A DNA stretch of 64,000 bases from Vicugna vicugna (lineage: Eukaryota), in assembly GCA_013265495.1 (NCBI GenBank), contig MU057880.1, positions 1,952,527-2,016,526 on the forward strand, written 5' to 3'. Within the stretch, counting starts at the first letter, position 1, and each line of letters starts with the position of its first letter. A model generated the notes under the pieces. The model ran no database searches. It saw nothing but the letters and a program-made list of their open reading frames with translations, and was not told the DNA's origin. A program made the translations under genes and the position numbers. Of the stretch, positions 27,037 to 40,683 are shown piece after piece.

Positions 27037-28746
27037 TACACCATTTTCTGTGTGGATGCCTGGTTTTGTCCATTTGAGAAATAAATTGGGCATAATATAA
27101 ACTTTTAGGAAACTGACAATCCTTCTGATGCTACGTGTTTTTGAGTAGCTATTTTTTCCTACCAAAGATCACATTTTGGTCAAGGCAATGAAGACAGATC
27201 AAAAAAGGAGCAAATTAAATTCCACCTTTCTCTCCACGCTGGCATCCAGAGTAGAGGCAATTCACACAGCCAGTGACCTGGCTCCAGGGGGAAACTTCAT
27301 CCTTACAGCCAGCAAGAGACCCTGCCTCAACCTTGGAGCTGAGGAGAAGCACGGGGACCCCCAGGCCAGGCCCGACTGCCCCTGACCTCCTGTGTCTCAC
27401 GATGGACGCTAAAGACAGCAGGGGCAACATTCAGAAAACAGTCTGCACCAAATAAGGGACAAAGTTTGAAGGTCCTGATTTTGATTTAATGACAGCATCA
27501 GTGAGTGGCCTCCTTTACACAAACGAATTCACAACACAATGACCACAAGTCCCTGTCGGGGTAAGAACTGAGCCTAAGACATTCTTGGGCCATTTCTATT
27601 CATACTGAACAGGTGACACCCCCTACCCCCGACCCCCCCCAAAAAAAGAAAGACAGGAAGCCTTCTATCATCCCAAAACGGTTCTGCAAGTGTGGAAACA
27701 GAGCTTGCACCCTCCTAGGGAATAGCTTGTCAGACATTTGCTCTCGTGATGCTAAGAAGGTAGAGGGCTAAGATCTCCTCCTTGCCTTGTTTTGTTTACT
27801 TCCGCTCCGAGGTACGTGTGTGTCTTAAAGATGCGCAAACGAAAACGCGCTGCTGAGCAGGGCTTCCGAGGACGTGAGCTCTGCCTCCCGCAGGCCCTCA
27901 TTTGCCAGCTCCCTGCTCACCTACCAGGCTGCGTCCCCGCCTTTCTGCCTGATAGCGACCACAGGTCTGTGCCCCTCAGGCTTCCCTGGGCCCCTTGAAG
28001 AAGACCCCCAAGAGGACGTGACCATCGGCTGGGCCTCCGTCCTTGGATGGTACCTTCCGTCCGGAAGCCCTTCAAGGATGCAGCCTTCAGAGAGTGATGC
28101 GGGGCTGAGGCCATCTGGACGGTACACGTGGCTGAACCCCGCAAAGACCTCTTTTTTTCTTTTTCTTTGTTTCTGTTTTCTTAGGTTTACCTTTAAGTGG
28201 CCATCCAGAAAAAAATCTCTTCTCTTTGGTTTACATCTATGAGTTCTGACAACTACATAGTCCTGTGACCACCGCCTCCAAGACAGAGCCCAGCCCTGCA
28301 CCCCGTGGAGTCGGCGCGCGTGCCCATACCTGCCCCTCCTCCCGCCCTAGCAACCCTACCCTCCTTATAAACTTCTCAGATTCTGCCGCTGCAGGGGCCA
28401 TGAATGTCTGCTGCTTTGCCACTTCAAAGGAGCTTAATGCCCTTCGGTGCTTTAGAGTCTTCTCATCTAGGGGACATTTATTAAAGAAAGAAAAATAGAA
28501 GAAGATGCTTTGTCCTTCAGCCGTGCTGCCGTGAAGTTGAATTTACAGGAATAAGTATTTTCCTTTCAACTCCTTCAGCAGAGTAAGAAATGTCACTTTC
28601 TTACCCTTTCAACTCTAAGGCGCTTTATCAGCTTAGGTAATCAAGGACATTTCAAAGCCAGATGAAATCCTTTCAATTCCAGCAGAGGGCTAAGGTAGAA
28701 AAAGAACTATTGGAGTTGCCCAAAGCTGGCTCCAATCAAACAAATG

Positions 28747-29268
28747 CAGTCAGTTGTCAATATTCGCGAATTCTGTGTTTGCAAACTCGCCTACTCGCTG
28801 CCATGTATTTGTAAACACTAGCCGATACTCGCAGCGCTTCTGCGACGTCCACGGACACAGAGCAAGAGCGGTCGCCAATACACTTGTTCCTCAAGGAGGT
28901 GACAGCGCCCACGTGCTCTCCTGCTGGAAATACGCATCCCTTCCCCAGTGCACTTAGTGCCAAGGTGCTTGTTTGTTCGTTTGTGTTTGCGTCTTTGGGC
29001 TTTCCGTTTGTGATTTTGCTGTTTCAGATGGCTCCCAAGCGCGGCGCTGAAGTCTTGTGTTCCCAAATGTGAGAGCAACACTACACGTTAAATAAGGCGT
29101 CTGAACCAAAAACACACGTCAAACAAAGTCATGGGTTGATCAGTTGAGGAAAATGGTGTGCCCGGAGGCTCCTACACACCCCAGGAGCAATTGTCAGTGT
29201 CAGCTAATTCAGCGAACTCAGGGTCCACTTTAAAGAACACAACTGCTGTGACTATGAGAATCAGCCGT
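28747..29268. mobile_element. TcMar-Tigger MER82-like element
   Basis: ATATTCGCGAATTCTGTGTTTGCAAACTCGCCTACTCGCT at one end and CTTTAAAGAACACAACTGCTGTGACTATGAGAATCAGC at the other, resembling recalled MER82 termini. Confidence 0.7.
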
Positions 29269-29826
29269 ACTTTTGTGGAAGAAAGTAGGAAATTCTCCTG
29301 AAGCGTCATGTGAGACCAGGGATCTCACCAGTGCCATCATCAGAAAGCATTCAAATCGCTCTTCTGGAATTTCATCGGACAAAGTATTCTCTAGGGAACT
29401 GTACCTTCTCCCAGCCAGAAATGTGCCCTTTCCTCGGATACCTCTTGAACTGTCCTTTACTTTTTTTGAGACTGGTGATCTCCATTATCAACAAGGAGAG
29501 GGACAAGGAAAAGATAACGGCAAAAAATAAAACCCCTAATCTCCGGGGCTCTCTTTCTTCTATCGAATACTTAATATGTTTTCTGCTGGGTACCCTCTTT
29601 GATCATTTAGTGGTGTAGCTGGTAAAACAGGGCTGAAGCCTTAACCTGCCTGCTTTTCAGAGTTAAGATTCTTGAAATGAAGATTATCGTGATTGTCATA
29701 TTCAAAATTCAAAAGCCATTATGTCTAAGATGAACCATCAAAGAGGTAGAAAAAATCTATTATGCTGCCAACAAAAAGACAGACTCTCCCAAAAGAAAGA
29801 GATGGCAAAGATGAAAGATGTGAATA

Positions 29827-30142
29827 CAGTCATCCCCCAGGGTCTGGGGGGAAGTGGTTCTAGGACCTCCTCGGGTACCAAAATCCGAGGATGCTCAAGT
29901 CCTGTATATAAAATGGTGTAGCATTTACATAAAACCTAAGCACATCCTCCCGTACACTTTAAGTCACGTCTAGATTACCTGTAATACTTAATGCAATGCA
30001 AATGATATGTAAATCGTTGCCCACTCAAGGCAAAGTCAGATGTCACTCTTCGGAACTTTCTGGAATTTTTTTTCCCCAAATATTTTCAATCTGTGGTTGG
30101 CTGAATCTGTGGATGTAGAACATGCAATACAAGGGTCAGTTG
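29827..30142. mobile_element. TcMar-Tigger MER2-like element
   Basis: TA|CAGTCATCCC...ACCAAAATCCGAGGATGCTCAAGTCC...TCTAGATTAC...TGGTTGGCTGAATCTGTGGATG. Confidence 0.8.
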
Positions 30143-32879
30143 TGGATGGGTTTTACAGAGCTGCTGCAAAGAGGAAAGAAAAGCAACTTATGAATAAATA
30201 TAAGATGAAGCAAGAACAGTAATGTAGAACACACAGACCAAATGTCAAATATTATTTACGTCATCGCTCACGTTTTCCTGCTCAGCTGTTCTCCTCATTT
30301 ACAAGTGTGTTTCTCTTATTCCAGTGATTCTCTATGGCTTTCAAAATTCCACAAAAGCAATGTTTTCCAATAGCCATGCAATGGGTAGGAAGGGAAAGGC
30401 AGGTGTTTGGTCAAGCATTATTACTGTCCAAGACGATCTCAGAACAGGTTAGTGTTCTCTTTAGCCAAACAAGTGCTATGTAATTTACTTTAATTGCCTC
30501 AGAGTCATAAAACGATGTTTAAAAGTACAGTTTCACGGAGAAATCTGATGAATGGCCTACTTTCACACGCTTATATTACATTAAATAAATTCTAAATAGG
30601 AGCAGGAGGGAACTAAACAGGTGTCTAGAAAGAAATAATAAAGAAAATAGAGAAGGAAAAATCCTCTAAGTCATAACGGCTCAGAATCCCCCGCATCTTA
30701 AAGGAGAGTCTGCTTTCAAATTGAATGTTGAAGACGATGGGGAAATAAAAGCCCCTTTAGGCACATCACTGTGGAAGTTTTAAGAGACTGAAGATAAAGA
30801 AATTCCTGAAAGCTTCCAAAGAAGAAAGAATGAACCCAAAGGAACAAGACTTAGACTTCTTAACAACACATGGTAACAGGAGATTGGTAGAATTCCTTTG
30901 GAGCTCTGAGAAAATGTGATTTTTATCCTAGAAGGCAATACCCAGCAAGGCTTTGTAGGTCTACGTGTAAGTATGTATGATCTACATATATCTGTGTATG
31001 TGTGTATATAGGTATATGTATGTATAGATAAATGTAAATATAGAAAATGAAGTTATGAAGTTTAATTATTGTAAGAAAATTGTTTTAAAATAATTTACTG
31101 TAAATGATAAAGAAAAATGGATTTAGCATACGAAGAAATAAGCTGAGAATCAGAAACGTATATGGTGGACCACAGAAGACGGTAACATCCCAGGATGTCA
31201 GGGGCACAGAGCAGTCAGTCGAGCTTTGCAGGAGGAACACGGGAGGAAGTGTCTGGAAAGCTCGAATTCATGAACCAGATTCACGAGAGTAACAGCCTGC
31301 AGATACAATAAGGCCACATCGGACAAGAAGAAATTCAGGAATCTCCAGGGAAGAAGAAAAGCCCTGAACTGAAAAACAGTCAAATGAGCTACGGATGATT
31401 ATGTAAAGAATACTCATGAACATTCACCTTTTAGACTAAATTCATATGCAAAGATTATGTACATGAGACCAATTATAAGCACAGAGTAGAATGCAAATTC
31501 TCTCAATCGTGACTTGATGATATCAACCCATAAGGCAGGCACTCAGAAGAGAATATGTATAACTGTTGAAATGAGAAATATGGTTTGGAGTGTATTAATA
31601 CAAACTATAATGAAAACAGAGAAATGTAAAATGAATCATATGATTACGTTACTGACATAGAGTTAACCACAGGAATGTACAGGAATGGTTAACTGGTCAG
31701 CTCTAGGGAGAGAGACTGGGAGTCAGTAAGGGTGCTGTTTTCCATTTGTTTCTCTGTGTTATCAGAAGATTCAAACTTGTGCAGATATATCAGAGGGGAA
31801 AATGCCAAAAACAAACATCTCTGAAATAATACTTTAAAAAATAATCCTCTACAAAATTTAAAGGGACGGTAATAAACTAAGGCAAAAAAAATGGGTTTTG
31901 ATTGGCAAAGGGGCCATATCTCTCACAGACATCACTAATCTCCGACACACAATTCTCCTCCTGTGAACACAGGGATAACTGTCTCCATCCTGGAAGCTGG
32001 ACATGGCCACATGAACAGTGCTAACCGACAGGGAACCTCGGGTGGCTGGTTCTTGTCCCGGCCAGAGAAAGTAACTGCTGGATGGGCCACTCCCTGGCCC
32101 CGTCTCCATCTGGCACAGTGAAACTGAATAAATAACTCATGTGATTCATCGGGAAAAAAATACCAAGATGGCCATGAAAACTGGGTACAAGACTGTAATA
32201 CACAATGTTTGAAAAGAGAAACATAACTGTGTAATAAACACGAAAACAGACTTTGTGTAACAAAAGGGATCCTTCAAGGGTGAAATAGACAAGGACGTTT
32301 AAAAACAGTAACAACGATGCTGAGGTCTGTGAGGTGACACGTTTCACAGATTGTTGACAGGACTGTCAATTGGTGTGGATTTCCTCAGTATGTATCCGAA
32401 ATACTTCACTGAGTATCTCATGGCCTTTTATCCAATAATAACACGTCAGTCATCAGAAATAAGGGGAAATCTCTACCCAGAAGATTTTCATTTGCAGCAG
32501 TATTTTATAATGGATAAAAGGAGGGTCCAAACAAAATCTGCAAAGATAGGAGATAGTTAATTAAGCCAGGAGACAAATATTACGAAGCCATGAAAATTAA
32601 GTTTACGAGCGGCTTTAACCGCCATCCAGAAATGTTTCAGTATAACATTACGTACAAAAGAACGCCGATAAATCCTAACAAGGGGGTGTTTCTTGGGTAA
32701 AATTAGCGATGAACTTTATTTTCCTCTGTTGTCGTTTACCTTATTAGGTTACTTTAATAATTAGGAAAATATTCCAATCAGAGCTTCAGAAAGTTTTTAT
32801 ACTGATTTTGGAGGAATCTTTAAATAAATGTGTCCAGTTGAAAACATAATAAATAAAGTGAGTGAAGAGCTGCAAATGG

Positions 32880-33040
32880 CAAAATATCCTTCTTTCTTAT
32901 GGGTGAGCTGTATTCCATTACATATACACGCTGCATCTTCTTTATTCATCTCTTGATGTGCACTTAGGATGCTTCCCTATCTTGGCAATTATAAATAATG
33001 TTGCTGTTAATAGCAGGGTGTATGTATCTTTCTGAATTAA
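32880..33040 (-). mobile_element. L1 fragment
   Basis: CTTTCTTATGGGTGAG...CTTAGGATGCTTCCCTATCTTGGCAATTATAAATAATG. Confidence 0.7.
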
Positions 33041-35041
33041 TTCTTATTTTGTGGTTGGCTTTATTCCTTTGATAACTATGTAAGTTTAAAAAGCTAAACC
33101 TCTAAATGTTCTTAGAAAAAAAGTACATATATGTAAATTTTAAAATATGTGCAGTATATTGTGTATATGTATTTACAGGCAATATATTGTACATGTGCAG
33201 TCAAATTGTAACAATTCTACCTGATAAAACTGAAAACTGAAAAAAACATAATACATAAATAAACGTGTCCTGTATGAGATTCACCTGAGAAACATTATGA
33301 TGTACAAGTGCCTTGAAAAAACTTAGAAATAAATAAAAATGAACAGAAAAAAGAGAAAAATTCAATTAAAGACTGTTTTTGAATCTGAATTTGCCAAAGA
33401 AAATTAAAAGCAAATGGCAAACTAATTCAAACTCTGAGGTCTGAAATCAAAACAAAAAATGATTATGACCTTTATAATTAGATAGAAGTCAAAGGATGGC
33501 AACAGAAAAACAGAAGGCATCCCTTGAGAGAGAGCAAGGTCTGTGCTCCGGGATGTCTCTCTGAAAAATCTGTGTGCGCAGAGCCCAGCCGTCCCGCTCC
33601 ACCGTGAGGCCAGAGCTGCATCACATACACCTGTTGGTGGTACCTCAGCCTCTCTGGGACACGGGCATCAGTGGCTTCTTCTTCCTTTCCTCCGCCTTTA
33701 GGAGTGGAGTAAGAAGAGAGACTAAGCCAATATTTGCAAAATATTTAATTCGTTTAAAGTACTGGCATAAAAAATTGATCCTGCAATTCTATGGATATAA
33801 TTTTTTGATTTTCACCCAGGTAAAATTTTTCTTTTCCCCAAAAGATATTAAAGTGTAAAGAGATGACCAGAGTCTTAAAGAAACTGAATGAAATCTGTTT
33901 TATAAAATTGTTATCTTGCAAGTGAAAAATCTTTCCATTTTAATGATCGTGGAAAGGCCATGTGTTAGAAACTGCACTTTAGGGTCACATTAAGTTCAGG
34001 GTTTCACAAAATGTAGTTATTAAAGATTTATAAATTCCTTGATGTTAGGCCAAAAATACACAGTGCCTGTTATATACCATAAAACAAAGTGAAAGTATTT
34101 ACTGATGAGAGTAACATTTTAGTATTTTATTTAGTACTCCAGTTTAAATCAGATGTATAACTTAAATAGCTTGATATTTGACTTTTTTTAAACTATTTTT
34201 TAAATTGAGGATAAAACTATACATTAGTTAATCAAACCACAAGCATCTGAATTCTTTACCTTTCTTTAGTGCATGTGGACTGCAGTCTCTGGCCGTAACA
34301 TTCCATTTGTGAACACATAAGGATTGCCACAGAGTCAAGTTCAAAGTGACGTTCGAAATCAAGTCATAATCATAACCTATGACTTAAACCTTGACGTGAG
34401 TTATAAATACGCAAAACCAGCAGTCCTTTTAAGTGATATGAGGCCGTGACGCAAGCCAAAAACATAACAAAATCTTCATTTATCCCTCTGGGCTCAGTGA
34501 ACAGTCAGGTCTAACATCCTCCTTTATTGATCTGAGACCACAGTGGCACAGAAGCAATTTTTTATAGCAGCAGCATTTTTTGGGAACAAGTGTCTTGCAG
34601 AACTTTGCATTCCTTTGCCTGTATTGCCTGTAATAGAGTTTTAATCTTGTTTATTTCATTTTCTGTGTAAATTCCCTGTTTGTCTTTAAATCCTTGAGGA
34701 ACTATTTATACAAGAAAAAGATCTTGTGCCATTTCAAATCAAGGAGGAAAAAATGGTCCATGCTGTGAACTCGGGCTAACCTTGTGAAAGAAAAAAAGAA
34801 GAAGCAGCAGCAGCGGCTATATCCTGACTTAAGTGTTTATCCCCAAAAAATCCAGATGAATCAAAGATTCATTTTGAATCATGAAGCCAAAATAGGATGG
34901 GTATTAAACCAAAGGATGTTTTCTTTCTTTAAACAACCTGGAACAGGAAGTCTTCCTGAGCAAGGCACAAAAATCCTGAAGCAATAAAATACGCAATTTC
35001 TGAAGCTGACTAAAGAAAATTTAAGAATATATGTATTCTTA

Positions 35042-35474
35042 GTAAGAGAAAGACAAATACATCATGCTGTCACTTATATATGGAATCTAAACAAACAAAC
35101 AAAAAATTGAACTCATTAAAAACAGACTAGAGTGATGCTTGCCAGGGGCTGGAGAGTGGGGGAAATGGAGAAAGGTTCACAAAAGTGTACAAAAGCTTTC
35201 AGTTACAAGACAAATAAGACATGAGATCTAATGTATAACATGAAGAATATCGTTAATAATGCTGTATTGTAGAACTGAAATTTGTTAAGAAAATTCATCT
35301 TTCCAAAATATATTCTCTCCCCCAAAAAAGTAAATATGTGAGGAGATAGATGTGTTAAGTAACTCAATTGTAGGAATCCTTTCAGAATGGATACGTAATT
35401 CAAATCATTACATTGTATACTTTAAATATATTACAGTTTTATTTGCCAATTATACCTCAATAAAGCTGGAAGAA
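35042..35474 (+). mobile_element. Older L1 (L1MA-like) 3' end inside an ancient L1 remnant
   Basis: 3' UTR ending ATTATACCTCAATAAAGCTGG. 19-bp TSD AAGAATATATGTATTCTTA (35023-35041) / AAGACTATATGTATTCTTA (35475-35493). Confidence 0.85.
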
Positions 35475-35588
35475 AAGACTATATGTATTCTTAAAAAGTA
35501 TGAACAGAAATCAGGATTCTAGAAAACAATGAACAGGTTAAAAGGAAAACAAAGTCTGGGTAAAACAGCTACACCGCGTGACGTGTGT

Positions 35589-35689
35589 GTTACTTTCACG
35601 TATGTTGTGTCCATGTTACTTTCATGTATGTTGTATCCATGTTACTTTCACGCATGTTGTATCCATGTTACTTTCATGTATGTTGTATC
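35589..35689. repeat. Minisatellite, 26-bp unit x ~3.9
   Basis: GTTACTTTCA(C/T)G(T/C)ATGTTGT(G/A)TCCAT starting at 35589, 35615, 35641 and 35667. Confidence 0.95.
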
Positions 35690-35754
35690 AATAAGTAATA
35701 AATAGACCCACAACCCAAGAGAAAACTGGGCAAGGCCAGGTCCGTGAGCGTGCA

Positions 35755-35755
35755 T

Positions 35756-35788
<33 letters not shown>
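35755..35788. repeat. (CA)n microsatellite
   Basis: Direct reading. Confidence 0.95.
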
Positions 35789-35792
<4 letters not shown>

Positions 35793-37678
35793 AGCAGATA
35801 ACGTGGTGAGAAACACGACTTCAGTCGATGCCCATCACTGTAAGTTTAAGCAGTGAAACAGCAGTAGCAAAGCCTAAAAAAGGTGAACATCACCCATCGC
35901 TAATGTGAGTACGTGAGAACAGGCACACACACACTCTGGGTAGGAATGTAAATCAATAGATCCGTTTTGAATATTTAGCAACATTTTAACTGCAAACATC
36001 TTTGACTCGGTTATTCCACTCATAGAAATCGATTCTGCAAACCCACTTGCAGACATGATTAAGACAGTCGGGGAAAGATGGAAACAGTCATCACCAAAGG
36101 GCTGAATGACAACAGAACAGCAGGCAGTAAAGACAGAAGCACGGGACACTCTCTGTGCAGATAAAAGAGGTCTCCGAGCCCCTTAAGACACAGAAGGAAC
36201 AGTGAGTGCAGGATGCTAGCATTTCCAGGAACCACTGCTGGTGATTATCCGAGAAAAGTGGGATTGGAGGAGGAAAGACATAGATAGTATTTATTACATC
36301 CCCTTTTGTAGTGTTTAAAAATCACCATATGTGTGAGTTACTTCTGTCATAATGTTTAAACCTCAAAATACAAACTTTAAGAATCTAAATTCTAATTTTT
36401 GCATGTTTTAAGTTTTAAATCACTCAATACCCAAATGCTATTGTGAATATTTCCATTAATTTATATTTTAATATGTGTTAAAACTGAATCAATTTTTTTC
36501 AGATAATCAAGATTTTGTCACCTGAAATTTTCAAACTGTTAAAATACTCGAAATTTAGATTATATATAATCTGTTTTAACATTACAAGAGAATTAGCATG
36601 GTGTGACTGTCTTCTGGATTATTCAAAATAACTACATGCATCAACATTTTTAGTATTTTACGCAACATATTATTGTAAAACCTGCAACTTGTTTCTTCAG
36701 TAACAAGATAAAATAGTATTTATAATAATTAAATTATATAGTTGCATGAAATTAATTTATAAAGACTATCCAGCAATTTCAGCAGTCTATGCTATCTCAA
36801 ACTGAATTGAAGAGCCTTTGGCAGAGAAACAAAAAAAAGGAAAACTTGCAAAATAAACTATAAATCATCATCTCCAAATCTGATTCAAAAATTAAAATTA
36901 AAATTAAAATTGTTTTTGAAATCTTGGTAATTCACATCACTGTTAATATCACTAGTTCCTCATTTAGTTGTCCCATTTTTCAACAATATATTCTACATCA
37001 GTATGCAAGACAAAGATTTTTCAGTATTTATATTTTCTTCATAATTTTGGGAACCACCATTTCTGCTCTGAAGACACTTTGATTCAAATCGAGATCCAAG
37101 ATACAGGATGACATTTATAAATGCTCTAGAAACAATGACTACACTACACATTCTAAAATAATAAGAAAGCATGTCACTGACCCGGATTAACTGCTACTTT
37201 TGACCCCCCAAAAAACTTCTGCACTCATAAATAATTTCCAACACAGAAACTTCTCTTGTTCTTTGTCACCTGAGACATTACCTAAGAGACTGGCTTTAAA
37301 CAGATGAATCCTAAGAGTCTGAGGAAGGAGGTGAAGAAAGATCTTGTGATAGTTTTTGATGCACACAGACATCGTAGACAGAAGCATTCTGAAGACAAGC
37401 ATTTGAATTTTTCCCATGTTTTCTACTTCAGGCCCAAATCCAAAGTCACCAATATAACACTATCTTGTAAATAGATGGATCTGCTTTCAAAGAGTCATTG
37501 TGACCCAGTTCTTGCCACACTCCATTAAAGAGCAGCCATGCTGCTGTTCACTGCAATGTGAAGGAGCGTAAGACGAACAAAAGTCAACACAGAATGAGGG
37601 AGTGAACTGTTCATAAACTAAAAAAATTGAACTCATTCATGATACTTCCTTATTTTTTGTGTATATATATATATATAT

Positions 37679-37965
37679 TTTTTTTTCAATTGAAGTATAG
37701 TCAGTTTTCAATGTTGTCTCAATCCTACTCCTGGTCATATACCCAGAGGGAACCTAAACAAAGACACATGCACCGCAATGTTCACAGCAACACTGCTTAC
37801 AATAGCCAAGACATGGAGCCAACCTAAATGTCCACTGACAGACGATTAGATAAAATAGATGTGGTGTATTTATATAATGGAACACTACTCAGCCATAAAA
37901 AAGAATAAAATAATGCCATTTGCAGCAACATGGATGGACATGGAGATTGTCATTCTAAATGAAGT
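37679..37965 (-). mobile_element. L1 with 5' inversion
   Basis: Poly-T plus ~35 nt of reverse 3' terminus (CAATTGAAGTATAGTCAG), then a plus-oriented ORF2-end segment from ~37720. Confidence 0.8.
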
Positions 37966-38014
37966 ATTTTGACTCACAATCAGTGATCTCATCTCCCCAA
38001 AAAGTGTCTCTCCA

Positions 38015-38134
38015 GGGGGGAGGGTAGAGCTCAGTGGTAGAGCACATGCTTAGCATGCACGAGGTCCTGGGTTCAATCCCCAGTACCTTCATTAAAATAA
38101 ATAAATAAACCTAATTACCTCCCCCTTAAAAAAT
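38015..38134 (+). mobile_element. Vic-1-type camelid SINE
   Basis: A/B boxes. TSD AAAAGTGTCTCTCCA (38000-38014) / AAAAGTGTTTCTCCA (38135-38149). Confidence 0.93.
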
Positions 38135-38759
38135 AAAAGTGTTTCTCCAGTGTCCAAAGGAAGTAATCTCTGGACAAGTAATTATTCGAACATTTTTCAA
38201 TCTTGAGACCTAACAGGCAAGGGATGGGCCAAAAGAGGCTCCCTTATTCGTGCTGAGGAAGGAACTGTCAAAGAAGATGACAGAGGGCCTGGGGACCAGC
38301 AATAAGATGCAGACAACTGGTCTACAGGGAAGAAGTTGGAGCAGTCACAAGGAACCTGTCCCATGTATAATGTCACCCTCTTCACAAGGAACAGCCGCCC
38401 TCATTTCCATGTGCTCAAAGATCCTGATGGTGGGAGGGGTGACCGAACAGTCCAGATGTTCACACCTCATGCTAACCAGAATCGACATTTTGTTAACTTA
38501 CACGTGATTTTCAGTTCTTACTGTTTATCTGTTGAATAGAGGGGCTTGGGGGGATCATTAAAAACTCACCAGTACCCTAAAATGATAACAGAATAAACCC
38601 TAGTCTCTAGTCTGAGCTCGAATTGTTGTATGAAAGAAGCTTATTCATTTGAAAATGACGTAGAGAACTGTCAGCTCCTCTTAGCCACTGTGTCCTCCTC
38701 CACGCAGCTAAAAGTGTAGGTAATTAATAGGCACTCAGGGGGATTGGAAATCACTGAAA

Positions 38760-38940
38760 TTAGCAACATTAATCACTATATTATACAGGGCAACAATTCT
38801 CATCTAAATCTGACAATTACGTTAGGAGGCGAGTATGAAAATGACCCCCATTTTACAGAGGAGGAAACAGGATTAGCAAGTTTAACCGACACACACAAAG
38901 TCACACAATCCGTGCACGTGGCAGCCAGAATCCCAAACCA
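38760..38940 (-). mobile_element. MIR SINE remnant
   Basis: CCCCATTTTACAGAGGAGGAAACAGG core. Confidence 0.7.
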
Positions 38941-40197
38941 ATGTACTGGCTGCATACCCACCTGATGCTGGCGAAAACCTCTGACCCAGGGGGCAGCAGA
39001 CTGGTTTTCTAGAAGGTCCTCCACAGATCTCACAGTAGCTTAGAGCAATTCACCTACATTTCTGTTTTCCCACCTGAGGACAGGTATAATCATCATTCCA
39101 TTTATCCTATAAGCTTTATAGAGCTACAGGGAAGACCAAAGAGCTAGGACGCGTTCTGAAAAGATAAAAGTTATCCATCAATATAAAGCGGGCAGAGATA
39201 CAGGCTCTCTGAAGGCAAGAATTTTCATTTCACTCTCCTCCTTTGCTCCGAGCATGCTGTTCAGTCCCTGGTAAAGGGCTGAGTTACAGGGGAAAAGGGA
39301 ATATTTGGATCACTTATGACAAATGAATCAAGGCATTTATTTTCTCATTTAAGCCCCTAATAACAGTATCAGGCAGCATGAGGAAACAGCCTCATCCTAC
39401 AAAGAGGAAGAAATCTGCATTGTATCATACAGTTTTGAATCACATTCAAACCCTTATTTGCCTTTGTGTTCTCTTTGTATACTTTTCATTTAAATAAATA
39501 TAATTTAGTTAATTAGGTGAGCTAGACCACAAGGAATCTATAACATGCACAGTTGGACAATGTGTGGAGAGATCTTAATTATGTTCACAGGGGATGAAAG
39601 AGTTCCACGCTGTTGAACATCCTGGTGTAAGTGATACGGGATGAAGGAAGAGATGGAGAAACGCTCCAGTTTCAGCATCCCGGCTTTGAAAGACCAGTCT
39701 CATAAGGTAGTGCACTACACGTATCTTTAAGTGGCTTATGTGGTTTACTGGGTTAGTCCCTTCTTGGTCACCAAACAGTCCAGCCCTTGTAGACAAAACA
39801 GCAGAAAAAGATTCCAACGAGAAATGAGAAGTGCATTCTTCTTTGTCCTCCTGCCTCCTGTGGCAAGTGCTTATCCAAACTATCCCAAGACCCCAGCACA
39901 GAAGGTGATAAAAGTCCACTCGTCTCCAAGCACCTAGATGTACCTAACACAGTGCACAGAGGTTTTATGCCTATGTGCCTCTTCAAAACCATCCTACAAG
40001 GTGTGACTCCCTTTTACAAAGGTGGAGCCACGTTAAACAACTTGTCCAGTGTCACACATTAATATTAGGACCGGGATTCCATTCCACGTTCTGACTCATA
40101 AGGAATGCTATTCTGTGTCCCAAGACATTGGGCTGCAAACTGCAAAGACACAAACATTTTTTAAACACTCCCATGTTTATCATTAAAATGAAAATTC

Positions 40198-40422
40198 CCT
40201 GGGATTTCAAAATTTGTAGATACTGACAGGCATATGCAGAATAGATGAACAAGATTATACTGTACAGCACACGGAAATGTATACAAGATCTTGTGGTGGC
40301 TCACAGCGAAAAAAAATGTGACAATGAATATATGTATGTTCATGTATAACTAAAATAAATTGTGCTCTACACTGGAATTTGACACAACATTGTAACTCAA
40401 TAAAAAAATGTTAAAGAATAAA
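40198..40422 (+). mobile_element. Short L1 3' end
   Basis: Homologous to ~9757-9960. TSD TAAAATGAAAATTC (40184-40197) / TAAAATGAGAATTC (40423-40436). Confidence 0.9.
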
Positions 40423-40528
40423 TAAAATGAGAATTCTTGACTTGTCTGTCTTTCAAGAGATAAAGATGAGGATTTTCAGTGCTTCCCATCAAAATACCAA
40501 AACTCTCCAGCTCCTTGACATCCTCTCT

Positions 40529-40683
40529 GAGGGGAGGGTGTAGCTCAGCGGCAGAGCACACGCTTAACATACGTGAGGTCCTAGGTTCAATCCCCAGTAC
40601 CTCCTTTAAAAATAAATAAATAAGCCTAATTCCCCAACCCCCCCCCAAAAAAGCAAAAACAAATTAAGAAAAAATTTTAAATG
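40529..40683 (+). mobile_element. Vic-1-type camelid SINE
   Basis: A/B boxes. TSD TCCTTGACATCCTCTCT (40512-40528) / TCCTTGATATCTTCTCT (40684-40700). Confidence 0.92.

Noticed and set aside
35589..35689. CRISPR-like array
   Set aside because: Contiguous tandem units with no spacers and no cas genes, in mammalian DNA.
37240..37560. Possible additional minus-strand exon (AG|GTAATG donor near 37281)
   Set aside because: No convincing acceptor or recognisable reading frame; cannot be supported without RNA data.
38015..38090. tRNA gene (likewise at 8034 and 40529)
   Set aside because: The tRNA-like head is followed by a SINE tail, with TSDs at two copies, so these are SINEs.
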